A DNA stretch of 32,000 nucleotides, from contig NZ_JBHSTI010000002.1 in NCBI RefSeq assembly GCF_042660085.1, positions 480,001 through 512,000 of the forward strand, in the 5' to 3' direction. Below are positions 12,739-21,854 of this stretch, piece by piece; within the stretch, counting starts at the first letter, position 1, and each line of letters opens with the position of its first letter. The DNA is from Longivirga aurantiaca (GTDB lineage Bacteria > Actinomycetota > Actinomycetes > S36-B12 > CAIYMF01). The translations under genes were made by a program, and so were the position numbers. The notes beneath the pieces are model-generated. The model did no database searches and had not been told where the DNA came from. It saw only the letters and a list, made by a program, of their open reading frames with translations.

Positions 12739-14214
12739 ATGTCCCAGGCCACCTTCGTCGATCCGGCGGTGGAGTTCGCGCGCCTGGTCGCGGGTGCGCG
12801 GGGTCTGCTGAGCGAGGCGTCGGCGCTGGCCGGTTCGGGTGCGGTCGCGGGTGTCGGTCTGGCGGGTCTGCCGGAGCTGACGGCGGAGCTGTTCTCGGTC
12901 CGCGACGCCGCCCACGCCCTGGGGACCGTCGCGGTGGACCGCCTGGACGCCTCAGGGGTTCTCGCGGCACAGGGGTTCGGGTCGACGACGGCGTTCCTGA
13001 CCCAGCGCACCGGCATGGCAGCGGGCAAGGCCGGCAGCGTCGTCTCCGGCGCCCGCACGCTGCGGTCCTATGCCGCGACGCGGGTCGCGCTGGTCGCGGG
13101 CCGGGTCACCCCGGACCTGGCCGCTGCCCTGGTGCGCGGGTCGGAGGCGGCGATCGCGGACAAGACCGACCAGGACCGGGTGCCGTGGCGGGCGTTCTGC
13201 GAGGACTACCTCCTCCCCATCGCGGAGCAGGGCTCGGTCGAGGAGGTCGCGGGCGCTGCCGCGGTGCTCAAGGAGATCCTCGATCCCGAGTCCGCGGCCC
13301 GGCGCAAGGAGGAGTCGATGGCGGGCCAGTTCCTCACCGTGACGCAGGTCGGGGACCAGTTCGTGATCAAGGGCGCCCTCACCCTGGAGGACGGCGCGGC
13401 GCTCAAGGTGCTGCTGGACCGGATGCGCGACGCGAAGTACCGGTCGGGATCCCTGACCCCGGACGAGCAGCCCACCGGCGACGCGGCCACAGATGAGCGG
13501 CGGCGGCGGATCGCGGCCGCGCATCAGGACGCCCTGTCGTTGAACCACCTCGTGCAGCTGTGGCTGACCAACGGCATGGTCGGCCGCGCCCACGGGGTCC
13601 GCCCGCACGTCACCATCACCACGTCGGTCGACGACCTCGACGCGGGGTTCCCGGGCGAGATGACCGTCCCCGGGATGTCGTCCCCGGTGCTGGTCAACGC
13701 CGAGATGGTGAAGCGGATGCTGTGCGACGCGTCGGTGACCGAGATCGGCGTCATCGGGTCCGTCCCCGACCGGCACGCGCACCACCACGACGGCGTCCCC
13801 TGCCACGGACCCGCCCACCACGGACGACACGGCCACGTCCACGGCGTCTCAGGCTGCGAGCTGCACCCCGGCTCCGCGCGGTTGCTGCGCCGCCGCCACC
13901 ACGTCTGGGACGAGGGCCGCCGGTACCGCACCGTCCCGCCGAGGCTGCGCCGGGCGCTGGACCTGCGGGACCGGCACTGCTCGTTCCCCGGCTGCCGGAT
14001 CGCGGTCGGGTGGTGCGAGGCCCACCACATCACCGAGTGGGAGCACGGCGGCGCCACCGACCTCGACAACCTCACGTTGTTGTGCGCGAAGCATCACCAC
14101 TCGGTGCACGAGGGCGGCTGGACCATCGTGAAGAACCCCGGCATCGACCCGGGATGCCCGGCCTGGCTCACCGTCGACCCACCCGACCCCAGCCCACCAC
14201 GAACCCAGCCCTGA
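12739..14214 (+). CDS. DUF222 / HNH endonuclease domain protein (13E12 repeat-like family)
   Basis: 491 aa starting MSQATFVDPAVEFARLVAGARG. C-terminal HNH: LRDRHCSFPGCRIAVGWCEAHHITEWEHGGATDLDNLTLLCAKHHHSVHEGGW. Confidence 0.92.
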   Translation: MSQATFVDPAVEFARLVAGARGLLSEASALAGSGAVAGVGLAGLPELTAELFSVRDAAHALGTVAVDRLDASGVLAAQGFGSTTAFLTQRTGMAAGKAGSVVSGARTLRSYAATRVALVAGRVTPDLAAALVRGSEAAIADKTDQDRVPWRAFCEDYLLPIAEQGSVEEVAGAAAVLKEILDPESAARRKEESMAGQFLTVTQVGDQFVIKGALTLEDGAALKVLLDRMRDAKYRSGSLTPDEQPTGDAATDERRRRIAAAHQDALSLNHLVQLWLTNGMVGRAHGVRPHVTITTSVDDLDAGFPGEMTVPGMSSPVLVNAEMVKRMLCDASVTEIGVIGSVPDRHAHHHDGVPCHGPAHHGRHGHVHGVSGCELHPGSARLLRRRHHVWDEGRRYRTVPPRLRRALDLRDRHCSFPGCRIAVGWCEAHHITEWEHGGATDLDNLTLLCAKHHHSVHEGGWTIVKNPGIDPGCPAWLTVDPPDPSPPRTQP

Positions 14215-14457
14215 AGAAGGGCCGGCACGCGAGATCCACCAGCACCACCCCGAGACCGCACCACCCGGCAGGGAGCGGTCCCTGTGGCATGTCCGGGCAC
14301 GGGTGGCAACGCGAGAAGGAACCGGCATCAGGACGAGCCTTCGGATCGGCGGGACACCGTCGATCCCACGGCTGGAAACTGGATGTGCGGTGCGGCGGGA
14401 GACAGGGCCGGCACCCAGTTGACTCTGGTCACCGCCCCCGTTGACGGGAGGCGCACC

Positions 14458-15669
14458 ATGCGCAGGTTCATCGCCATCCTGGCCGCGGCGGCCACCTTCG
14501 TGCTGACGCTCGCCAGCTGTGGTGGCTCCGACGGCTCGACCTCGGGCAGCTCGAGTCCCGCCGTGTCGAACTCACCGACAACGACCTCGAGCCCGTCCTG
14601 GCCCAAGCCGACGAACGCAGCCCTGCCCAAGGCCATGGTCGACCAGTTGCAGGCCCAGCTCACCAGCTACATCGCCGAGAAGAAGCTCGTCGGCGTGACC
14701 GCCTCCGTCGTAACCCGCGACGGCATGTGGGCTGGAGCCGCTGGAGTCGACGGTGCCGGGAAGACCCTCAGCCCGGACTCCGCGATGGTCATCGCCAGCA
14801 CCACGAAGACGTTCACCGCCGCCGAGATCCTTCTCCTCTCCGCGCAGGGGAAGATCAACCTCGACGCCCCCGTGACCGACTACGTGTCTCTGCCGTTCGA
14901 CGCCCAGGGCGCCACCGTCCGCCAACTGGCCACGATGACCAGCGGCTTCCCGGACCTCCCCGAAGCGACCATTCGCCCGAAGGTGAGTGCTGATCTGACG
15001 AAGGAGTGGAAGTGCACCGATGTCGTCGCGCTCGTGGACCCCAAGGCGGCACGCAAGGGCTCGCTGGGCGGGGCGGCCGCCTACAACGGTCTGAACTACT
15101 ACGTCCTCGGCATGGTGATCGAGAAGGTCACGAGCAAGCCGCTCGCGGATGCCATCCGCACGGACCTGCTCGTGCCTGCCGGCGTGACTCGGGTCTGGAC
15201 CCAGACCGGTGACAAGCCCGAGAAGCCGTCGGCACCGCTGGCGATGCCGGTCGATGACACGACGAACCCCGTCGTCGATGCCACCAGCGGATACCTGCCG
15301 TCCGCTGCCGCGGCGACCAGCAGCTGCGCGGGAGCCGGGATGGCCGCGGACGCACCGAGCCTGGCGCGTTGGGGATACCTGCTCTATGGCGGGTACGTCA
15401 TCGACAACAGCCTCGTGAAGACCATGACCACTCCGAACCCCATGGGCGGAGACAACAGCTACGGCTTCGGAACGATGATCGACAGCGACAACGGCGACCC
15501 GCTGTGGGGCCACGCCGGCAACTACACCCAGTACACGTCGATCTTGCTGGTCTGGCCCAAGACCTCGACAGTGGTCTCGGTGCTCGTCCCCATGACGGGC
15601 GGAACGGACAACGACGTCAGGGGCGACCTCGCCTTCCAGCTCAAGCAGACAGCGACGGCATCCAACTGA
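14458..15669 (+). CDS. Serine hydrolase / beta-lactamase-family lipoprotein
   Basis: 403 aa. Signal/lipobox MRRFIAILAAAATFVLTLASCGG; active-site SxxK in VIASTTKTFTAAEIL; YNGLNYYVLG (YxN); a HAG near the C-terminus. RBS-like GGGAGG just upstream of ATG. Confidence 0.9.
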   Translation: MRRFIAILAAAATFVLTLASCGGSDGSTSGSSSPAVSNSPTTTSSPSWPKPTNAALPKAMVDQLQAQLTSYIAEKKLVGVTASVVTRDGMWAGAAGVDGAGKTLSPDSAMVIASTTKTFTAAEILLLSAQGKINLDAPVTDYVSLPFDAQGATVRQLATMTSGFPDLPEATIRPKVSADLTKEWKCTDVVALVDPKAARKGSLGGAAAYNGLNYYVLGMVIEKVTSKPLADAIRTDLLVPAGVTRVWTQTGDKPEKPSAPLAMPVDDTTNPVVDATSGYLPSAAAATSSCAGAGMAADAPSLARWGYLLYGGYVIDNSLVKTMTTPNPMGGDNSYGFGTMIDSDNGDPLWGHAGNYTQYTSILLVWPKTSTVVSVLVPMTGGTDNDVRGDLAFQLKQTATASN

Positions 15670-15952
15670 CGCGACAGCGGGCACAGCCCCGGTCCTGCCC
15701 TGCGCATGTCCCCGATGGGCGAGGCGTCGAGAGCAGGCCGCTGGTGGAGGGGCACACACAGGTTTCCTGCGCATGTGCAGGCCGGGTGTGCGCGATATGC
15801 CGCTATCGCTCGCTTCACGTGAGCCGACCCGGCGCCAGCGCGTGCCTGGGCAAGGGTGACGAGGTCAAGGGCGAGTTGCTCAGGCTGACCTGGGATCAGG
15901 TGCATGCCTGGCGCAGGGACGACGTGATGAACCTCGCTGCGGCCGCCGTCCT

Positions 15953-16111
15953 GTGGAAGCGGACGCCTTGCAGGACGAACGGGCGGTCGCCGTGAACGCG
16001 GCCGCCGACGAGGTCGTGTTCGCGATGATGATCACGCTCGATGAGCCTGGCGACCCGGAGGGGGATCCTGGGGGTGATGGGTGCGAGCTTGTGGACCCCG
16101 CGACTGGATGA
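15953..16111 (+). other. Short ORF (52 aa) in degenerate intergenic region, function unknown
   Basis: GTG EADALQDERAVAVNAAADEVVFAMMITLDEPGDPEGDPGGDGCELVDPATG stop. Acidic and free of obvious motifs. Coding status uncertain. Confidence 0.15.
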
Positions 16112-16229
16112 CCGATCGACGGCCTGCACGAAGGGCTCCTGAGGGCTGACCCCACCGGTAACGAGGGCAGCGACCTCTTCGCCTGAGGCGTGGCGCACCC
16201 GAGCCGCTGTCGTCGTCAGCCCGTCACGG

Positions 16230-16579
16230 CTATTCAGCGACCCTCCGGTGGCTGAACGCGAAGTCCCTCACGCCGCTGTGCTCGCCGATGCCCATCGCCG
16301 TGACGCCGCGCTCGAGCAGCAGCGCTCGAGCTGCTTCCAGGTCATCGGTCTGCAGCGCGATGGACGGGGTGGCCAGATCGAGGCCGTACGGGTTGTCGGC
16401 CATCATCTCGAGCGGGACACGCTCGAGGCGAAGGGCTGGTCGGCGAAGCCGACCTGGACGATGGAGAAGTCGTCGACCTCGGTGCGCGCCTTCTCCACCA
16501 GCCCGAACTGTTCGACCCGGAACCGGCGGCAGACCTCCGCGTCGGTGACATCGAGAACGACGTAGCGGACGCGCAACAC
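16230..16579 (-). pseudogene. Frameshifted VOC/glyoxalase-family gene remnant
   Basis: Minus strand reads VLRVRYVVLDVTDAEVCRRFRVEQFGLVEKARTEVDDFSIVQVGFADQP in one frame. It continues in another as LERVPLEMMADNPYGLDLATPSIALQTDDLEAARALLLERGVTAMGIGEHSGVRDFAFSHRRVAE*. Confidence 0.65.
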
Positions 16580-16683
16580 GTCGATACCTTCGTCGGCCCT
16601 CTGGGGACCTACACCACCTGGGTCGTGAGCCGGCCGGACCAGGTCACGGTAGCGATCTGCCGCCTGCTCGGCCTCTGACCATG

Positions 16684-16740
16684 GCCGACTCGGTAGTGGT
16701 AAGTCGGCCTCTGCCGCGAGATACCACTACCGAATCGGGC
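16684..16740. repeat. Palindromic element copy 2 (57 bp), abutting the 3' end of the PMT gene
   Basis: GCCGACTCGGTAGTGGTAAGTCGGCCTCTGCCGCGAGATACCACTACCGAATCGGGC. Stem arms pair with compensatory differences from copy 1. Confidence 0.85.
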
Positions 16741-18380
16741 TAGACCCAGGTGTCGAACCACATCCGCAGGTGCCAGGCGTCGTACGGCATGATCTGCGCG
16801 CTCCAGATCGGGTAGAAGAACCACGCCGCTGCCACCGCCAGCAGGACGACCGACCCGACGACGCTCGCACCGATGGTGCGACGACGCGGCTCGGCGTCGG
16901 CGGGGCCGAGGATCGTGCCGAGGGTCATCGCGAGGGCGATGCACACGAACGGCGCCATCACGACGCTGTAGAACGTGAAGATCGTGCGGCCCTGGAAGCC
17001 CAGCCACGGCGCCCAGGCGGCGAGCAGCGCGAGCACGACGTAGCCCGAGCGCCAGTCGCGACGGGCGGCCCAGCGCCAGGCCTGGTGCACGAGGGCGGCC
17101 GCGCCCGCCCACCAGATGATCGGGTTGCCGAGCGCGAGCACCTCGGCGGCGCACTTGTCGGCCCCGCACGTGCCGGCCGGGATGTCGGGCGTGCCCTCGT
17201 AGAAGAAGCTGGTCGGCCGGGTCTGCAGCAGCCAGCTCCACGCGTTGCTCTGGTACGAGTGCGGCGACGACAGTCCCTGATGGAAGCTCAGCGCCTGGCC
17301 GTGGTAGTACCAGAGCGACCTGGCCCAGTCGGGCAGGAGGGCCCAGACGCCGGACGCCGGGTTCTTCGACGCCCAGTCGCGGTAGAACCCGTCGTCGCTG
17401 AGGATCCAGCCGGTCCACGACACGACGTACACCACGACGACGGTGCCGACGATCGCGACGAAGGCGCGCAGCCCGTCGAGGAACGCGCCGATCACGGCGT
17501 CGCCGGCGTTGGTGCCCACGAGGCGACGGGTGCCGTACTCCCACGCCACCGTGCAGAGCCCGAACGCGACCACGAACCAGACGCCCGACCACTTGGTGGC
17601 GCACGCCATGCCGAGCGCGAAGCCCGCGGCCCAGCGCCACGGGCGCCAGCCGCTGCTCGGGCCGTAGCCCTGACGCAGGGACATGATCGCGTCGTGGTCG
17701 TCGGCGAACGCGCGGACGCGGTCCGCGAGGCGTCTGCGCGTTCGTTCGCGGTCCATGAGGATGCAGCCGAATGCGACGACGACCCAGAACGCGAGGGTGT
17801 TGTCGAGCAGTGCCGTGCGCGACAGCGCGATCGACATCCCGTCGATCGCGACGAAGAGCCCGGCGGCGGCGGCGATGAGGGTGGAACGGGTGAGCCGCCG
17901 CGTGATGCGGACGACGAGCAGCACAAGCAGCGTGCCGAGCAGCGCCATCATGAAGCGCCAGCCGAACGGCGTGAGCCCGAACGCGTACTCGCCGATCGCG
18001 ATCGTCCACTTGCCGACCGGCGGGTGCACGACGTACGCCGCGCTGTCCTTGAAGACGTCGATCGTGCGCCAGTTGCCGTCGCTGGCGAGGATCAGGTCGT
18101 TCGCGTCGTCGACGAACTGCCGCTCGGTGCCGTAGCGCAGCAGCGAGAGCGCGTCCTTCATGTAGTACGTCTCGTCGAACACCACGGCGTGCGGACGGCC
18201 GAGGTCCCAGAAGCGCAGGACGCCGGCGAGTGCGGTGATCGCGAGCGTGACCCACCAGGACGTCGCGCGGTCGGCCGGCATCGCGGGGGAGAGGCGGTCG
18301 GCGAGGGGCGACAGCCGCTGGTCGCCCGAGGGCGGGGGCCCCGGTGCCGGGGCGCGCTCCGCCTCGATGGTCGCCGTCAC
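16740..18380 (-). CDS. Dolichyl-phosphate-mannose-protein mannosyltransferase (PMT family)
   Basis: Multi-pass membrane protein with FWDLGRPHAVVFDETYYMKDALSLLRYG, AAYVVHPPVGKWTIAIGEYAFG and MACATKWSGVWFVVAFG, typical bacterial PMT. The start could be GTG 18380 or the internal ATG at 18281. Confidence 0.93.
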   Translation of the reverse strand: MTATIEAERAPAPGPPPSGDQRLSPLADRLSPAMPADRATSWWVTLAITALAGVLRFWDLGRPHAVVFDETYYMKDALSLLRYGTERQFVDDANDLILASDGNWRTIDVFKDSAAYVVHPPVGKWTIAIGEYAFGLTPFGWRFMMALLGTLLVLLVVRITRRLTRSTLIAAAAGLFVAIDGMSIALSRTALLDNTLAFWVVVAFGCILMDRERTRRRLADRVRAFADDHDAIMSLRQGYGPSSGWRPWRWAAGFALGMACATKWSGVWFVVAFGLCTVAWEYGTRRLVGTNAGDAVIGAFLDGLRAFVAIVGTVVVVYVVSWTGWILSDDGFYRDWASKNPASGVWALLPDWARSLWYYHGQALSFHQGLSSPHSYQSNAWSWLLQTRPTSFFYEGTPDIPAGTCGADKCAAEVLALGNPIIWWAGAAALVHQAWRWAARRDWRSGYVVLALLAAWAPWLGFQGRTIFTFYSVVMAPFVCIALAMTLGTILGPADAEPRRRTIGASVVGSVVLLAVAAAWFFYPIWSAQIMPYDAWHLRMWFDTWV

Positions 18381-18408
18381 CCCGACAGCATAAGGAGGTG
18401 GCAGGCTG

Positions 18409-19317
18409 ATGCTCGTGGACGCTGCCCCGAACGACACCGGATCCTCCGGCGACGGCACGGCGTCCTCCGGTCTCCTCGTGCTGGCTGCCACGCCCATCGG
18501 ACGCGCGGACGACGCCTCCGGTCGCCTCCGTGACCTGATCGCAACCGCCGACGTGGTCGCGGCCGAGGACACCCGGCGCCTGCGGCGCCTCGCCGACGAC
18601 CTGGGCGTGACGATCGGCGGCCGGGTCGTGTCGTACTACGACGCCGTCGAGCGGCAGCGGCTGCCCGAGCTCGTCGCCGCCCTCGAGGGCGGCCGGACCG
18701 TGCTGCTCGTGACCGACGCGGGGATGCCCAGCGTGAGCGATCCGGGCTACCGGCTCGTGGCCGCGGCGGTCGAGGCCGGGATCCGTGTGACCGCCGCCCC
18801 CGGGCCCAGCGCGGTCCTGACGGCGCTCGCGCTCTCCGGCCTGCCCGTGGACCGGTTCGCGTTCGAGGGCTTCCTGCCGCGCAAGGCGGGGGAGCGCAGG
18901 CGCGCGCTCGCGGCGGTGGCCGCCGACCCCCGAACGCTGGTCTTCTTCGAGGCGCCGCACCGCGTGGGCGAGGCGCTTGCGGCCATGGCCGAGGTGATCG
19001 GGGACGACCGCCCGGCGGCGGTGTGCCGCGAGCTCACCAAGACCTACGAGGAGGTACGCCGGGGCACGCTCGGCGAGCTCACCGCCTGGGCCGCCGACGG
19101 GCTGCGCGGCGAGATCACGATCGTGGTCCAGGGCGCCGCGCCGGGCACCGTGCCGGCTGCGCCCGGCGCGGACGGTGCGGATCCCCGCAAGGCGGCGCTC
19201 GCGGCCGTGGCAGCGGCGTACGGCCTCGACCGCGGCGCCGTCTACGACGCCGTCGTCGCCGCCAAGAAGGCCGCGGCGGCCGGATCCGGGGGGATGGGGC
19301 TGCCGCCGCGCAACTAG
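18409..19317 (+). CDS. rsmI: 16S rRNA (cytidine(1402)-2'-O)-methyltransferase
   Basis: [40 protein letters not shown]; [18 protein letters not shown]; [16 protein letters not shown]. Strong SD AAGGAGGTG at 18392-18400. Confidence 0.96.
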   Translation: MLVDAAPNDTGSSGDGTASSGLLVLAATPIGRADDASGRLRDLIATADVVAAEDTRRLRRLADDLGVTIGGRVVSYYDAVERQRLPELVAALEGGRTVLLVTDAGMPSVSDPGYRLVAAAVEAGIRVTAAPGPSAVLTALALSGLPVDRFAFEGFLPRKAGERRRALAAVAADPRTLVFFEAPHRVGEALAAMAEVIGDDRPAAVCRELTKTYEEVRRGTLGELTAWAADGLRGEITIVVQGAAPGTVPAAPGADGADPRKAALAAVAAAYGLDRGAVYDAVVAAKKAAAAGSGGMGLPPRN

Positions 19318-19326
19318 GATCGTCGG

Positions 19327-20928
19327 GTGCCCGGAACCGAGAAGGCGTTCTACCTGACCACGCCGATCTACTACGTCAACGACGCGCCCCACATCGGGCA
19401 CGCCTACACGACGACCGCGGGCGACGTCCTGACCCGCTGGCACCGCCAGCGCGGCGAGAAGGTCTGGTTCCTCACCGGCGTCGACGAGCACGGCCAGAAG
19501 GTCATGCGCACCGCCGAGGCCAACGGCGTCGCCCCGCAGGAGTGGGCCGACCGACTCGTCGAGAGCGCCTGGCTGCCCGTGCTCGAGACGATCGACGCCG
19601 TCAACGACGACTTCATCCGCACGACCTCCACCCGGCACACCGAGCGCGTCCAGAAGTTCCTGCAGGGCCTGAAGGACAAGGGCGAGATCTACGAGGGCTC
19701 GTACGACGGCCCCTACTGCGTCGGTTGCGAGGAGTTCAAGCTGCCGGGCGACCTGCTCGACGGCGAGGGCGAGTACGCCGGCCAGAAGGTGTGCCCGATC
19801 CACGGCAAGCCGGTCGAGACCGTCAGCGAGACCAACTGGTTCTTCCGGCTCTCGGCGTACGGCGACGCGCTGCTCGCGCACTACGAGGCCAACCCGCTCG
19901 CGGTGCAGCCGCAGTCGGCGCACAACGAGGTCACGTCGTTCCTGCGCGGCGGGCTCACCGACCTGTCGATCTCGCGCTCGACCTTCGACTGGGGCATCCC
20001 GGTGCCGTGGGACCCGAGCCAGGTCGTCTACGTGTGGTTCGACGCCCTGCTCAACTACGCCACCGCCGTCGGCCTCGGCGACGAGCCGGGCACCCCGGGC
20101 GCCGAGCAGTTCGCCGCCACCTGGCCGGCCGACGTGCATCTCGTGGGCAAGGACATCCTGCGGTTCCACGCCGTCATCTGGCCGGCGATGCTGATGGCCG
20201 CGGGCCTGGCGCTGCCGGGCCAGGTGTTCGCGCACGGCTGGCTGCTCGTCGGCGGCGAGAAGATGAGCAAGAGCAAGCTCACCGGCATCGCGCCGAGCCA
20301 GATCGTCGACCACTTCGGCTCGGACGCTTTCCGCTACTACTTCCTGCGCGCGATCCAGTTCGGCAGCGACGGCTCGTTCTCGTGGGAGGACATGAGCGCC
20401 CGCTACACGTCCGAGCTCGCGAACGGCCTGGGCAACCTCGCCTCGCGCGCCCCCGCGATGGTGGCGAAGTACCGCGACGGCCTGCTGCCCGAGCCGACGG
20501 CGTACGGCGAGGCCGAGGAGACGCTGCAGGCGCTGCTCGTCGCGACCGTCGCGACCGCCGACGAGTGCATGCTGCGCCTGGACTTCGCGGGCGGCCTCGG
20601 CGCGATGAAGTCGTTCGTCGACGCGGTGAACCTCTACGTGACCGAGCAGGCGCCGTGGGCGCTCGCCAAGGACCCGGCCAACGACGAGCGGCTCTCGACC
20701 GTGCTCTACACGATCTGCGAGTCGCTGCGGGCGATCGCGGTGCTGCACCACGCCGTGATGCCGAAGGCCACGGCGTCGCTGTGGGAGCAGATCGGCGCGG
20801 AGGCCTCCCTCGGCCCGATCGGCGCGCAGGTCGTGACCGACGCCGGCCGCTGGGGGCAGCTGCCCGTCGGCACCACGATCACCAAGGGCGCGATCCTGTT
20901 CCCGCGCCTGGAGGAGACCGCCGACTGA
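19327..20928 (+). CDS. metG: Methionyl-tRNA synthetase
   Basis: FYLTTPIYYVNDAPHIGHAYTTTAGDVLTRW (HIGH-type motif) and GWLLVGGEKMSKSKLTG (KMSKS). 533 aa, GTG start. Confidence 0.98.
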   Translation: MPGTEKAFYLTTPIYYVNDAPHIGHAYTTTAGDVLTRWHRQRGEKVWFLTGVDEHGQKVMRTAEANGVAPQEWADRLVESAWLPVLETIDAVNDDFIRTTSTRHTERVQKFLQGLKDKGEIYEGSYDGPYCVGCEEFKLPGDLLDGEGEYAGQKVCPIHGKPVETVSETNWFFRLSAYGDALLAHYEANPLAVQPQSAHNEVTSFLRGGLTDLSISRSTFDWGIPVPWDPSQVVYVWFDALLNYATAVGLGDEPGTPGAEQFAATWPADVHLVGKDILRFHAVIWPAMLMAAGLALPGQVFAHGWLLVGGEKMSKSKLTGIAPSQIVDHFGSDAFRYYFLRAIQFGSDGSFSWEDMSARYTSELANGLGNLASRAPAMVAKYRDGLLPEPTAYGEAEETLQALLVATVATADECMLRLDFAGGLGAMKSFVDAVNLYVTEQAPWALAKDPANDERLSTVLYTICESLRAIAVLHHAVMPKATASLWEQIGAEASLGPIGAQVVTDAGRWGQLPVGTTITKGAILFPRLEETAD

Positions 20929-20945
20929 GGTCGGCGCTCCTCGCC

Positions 20946-21854
20946 ATGGCTGCCACAGACGAGCCTGTCCGCCAGCGCGCGGCGCAGCAGGAGACCGGGC
21001 ACTCGCGCGACCTCGAGCGTCCGCCGCTCCCCGAGCCGCTGCGCACGCCGGTGATCGACACGCACTGCCACATCGACATCCACGACGGCGACGCCGGGGC
21101 CGAGTGGCTCGGCGTCGGCGAGGCTCTGGCCCGAGCGGCGTCGGTCGGCGTCACGCGCGTGGTGCAGGTGGGCTGCGACCTGCCGAGCGCGCGCTGGTCC
21201 GTCGTCGCCGCCCACGAGCACGAGCACCTCGTCGCCACCGTCGCCCTGCACCCCAACGAGGCGCCGCGGATCGAGGCGGCGTCCGGTAGGGCGGCGCTCG
21301 AGGAGGGCTGGGCCGAGATCGAGTCGCTCGCCGCCGATCCGCGCGTGCGGGCGGTGGGGGAGACCGGTCTCGACTTCTTCCGCACGGGCGAGGAGGGCCG
21401 TGCCACGCAGGAGGAGTCGTTCCGCCGGCACATCGACCTCGCCAAGCGGCTCGGCAAACCGGTCGTGATCCACGACCGCGACGCGCACGACGACGTGATC
21501 CGCGTGCTCGAGTCCGAGGGCGCCCCTGAGCACGTCGTCTTCCACTGCTACTCGGGCGACGCCGAGATGGCGCGCTACTGCACCGAGCGCGGGTGGTTCC
21601 TGTCGTTCGCGGGCACCGTGACGTTCAAGAACGCCAAGGTCCTGCGCGAGGCCGCCGCGGTGGCACCGCTCGCGAACCTGCTGGTGGAGACGGACGCGCC
21701 GTACCTCACGCCGACGCCGTACCGCGGCCGTCCGAACGCCTCCTACCTCGTGCCGCACACGGTGCGCGCGATGGCCGAGGCCGGCGGTCACGACGAGGAC
21801 GTGCTCGCCCAGGCGCTGTGGGACAACGCCCAGCGGGTGTTCGGCCCGTGGTGA
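20946..21854 (+). CDS. TatD family metal-dependent deoxyribonuclease
   Basis: [49 protein letters not shown] and [22 protein letters not shown]. Confidence 0.95.
   Translation: MAATDEPVRQRAAQQETGHSRDLERPPLPEPLRTPVIDTHCHIDIHDGDAGAEWLGVGEALARAASVGVTRVVQVGCDLPSARWSVVAAHEHEHLVATVALHPNEAPRIEAASGRAALEEGWAEIESLAADPRVRAVGETGLDFFRTGEEGRATQEESFRRHIDLAKRLGKPVVIHDRDAHDDVIRVLESEGAPEHVVFHCYSGDAEMARYCTERGWFLSFAGTVTFKNAKVLREAAAVAPLANLLVETDAPYLTPTPYRGRPNASYLVPHTVRAMAEAGGHDEDVLAQALWDNAQRVFGPW

Noticed and set aside
15522-15905. 127-aa minus-strand ORF (MHLIPGQPEQLALDLVTLAQARAG...)
   Set aside because: It partly overlaps the 3' end of the serine hydrolase in antisense and has no recognisable motif. Probably chance.
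16609-20751. 1380-aa minus-strand ORF spanning PMT, rsmI and metG
   Set aside because: Low-complexity R/H/G/V composition, antisense to metG and rsmI and out of frame with PMT. It is a spurious high-GC ORF.
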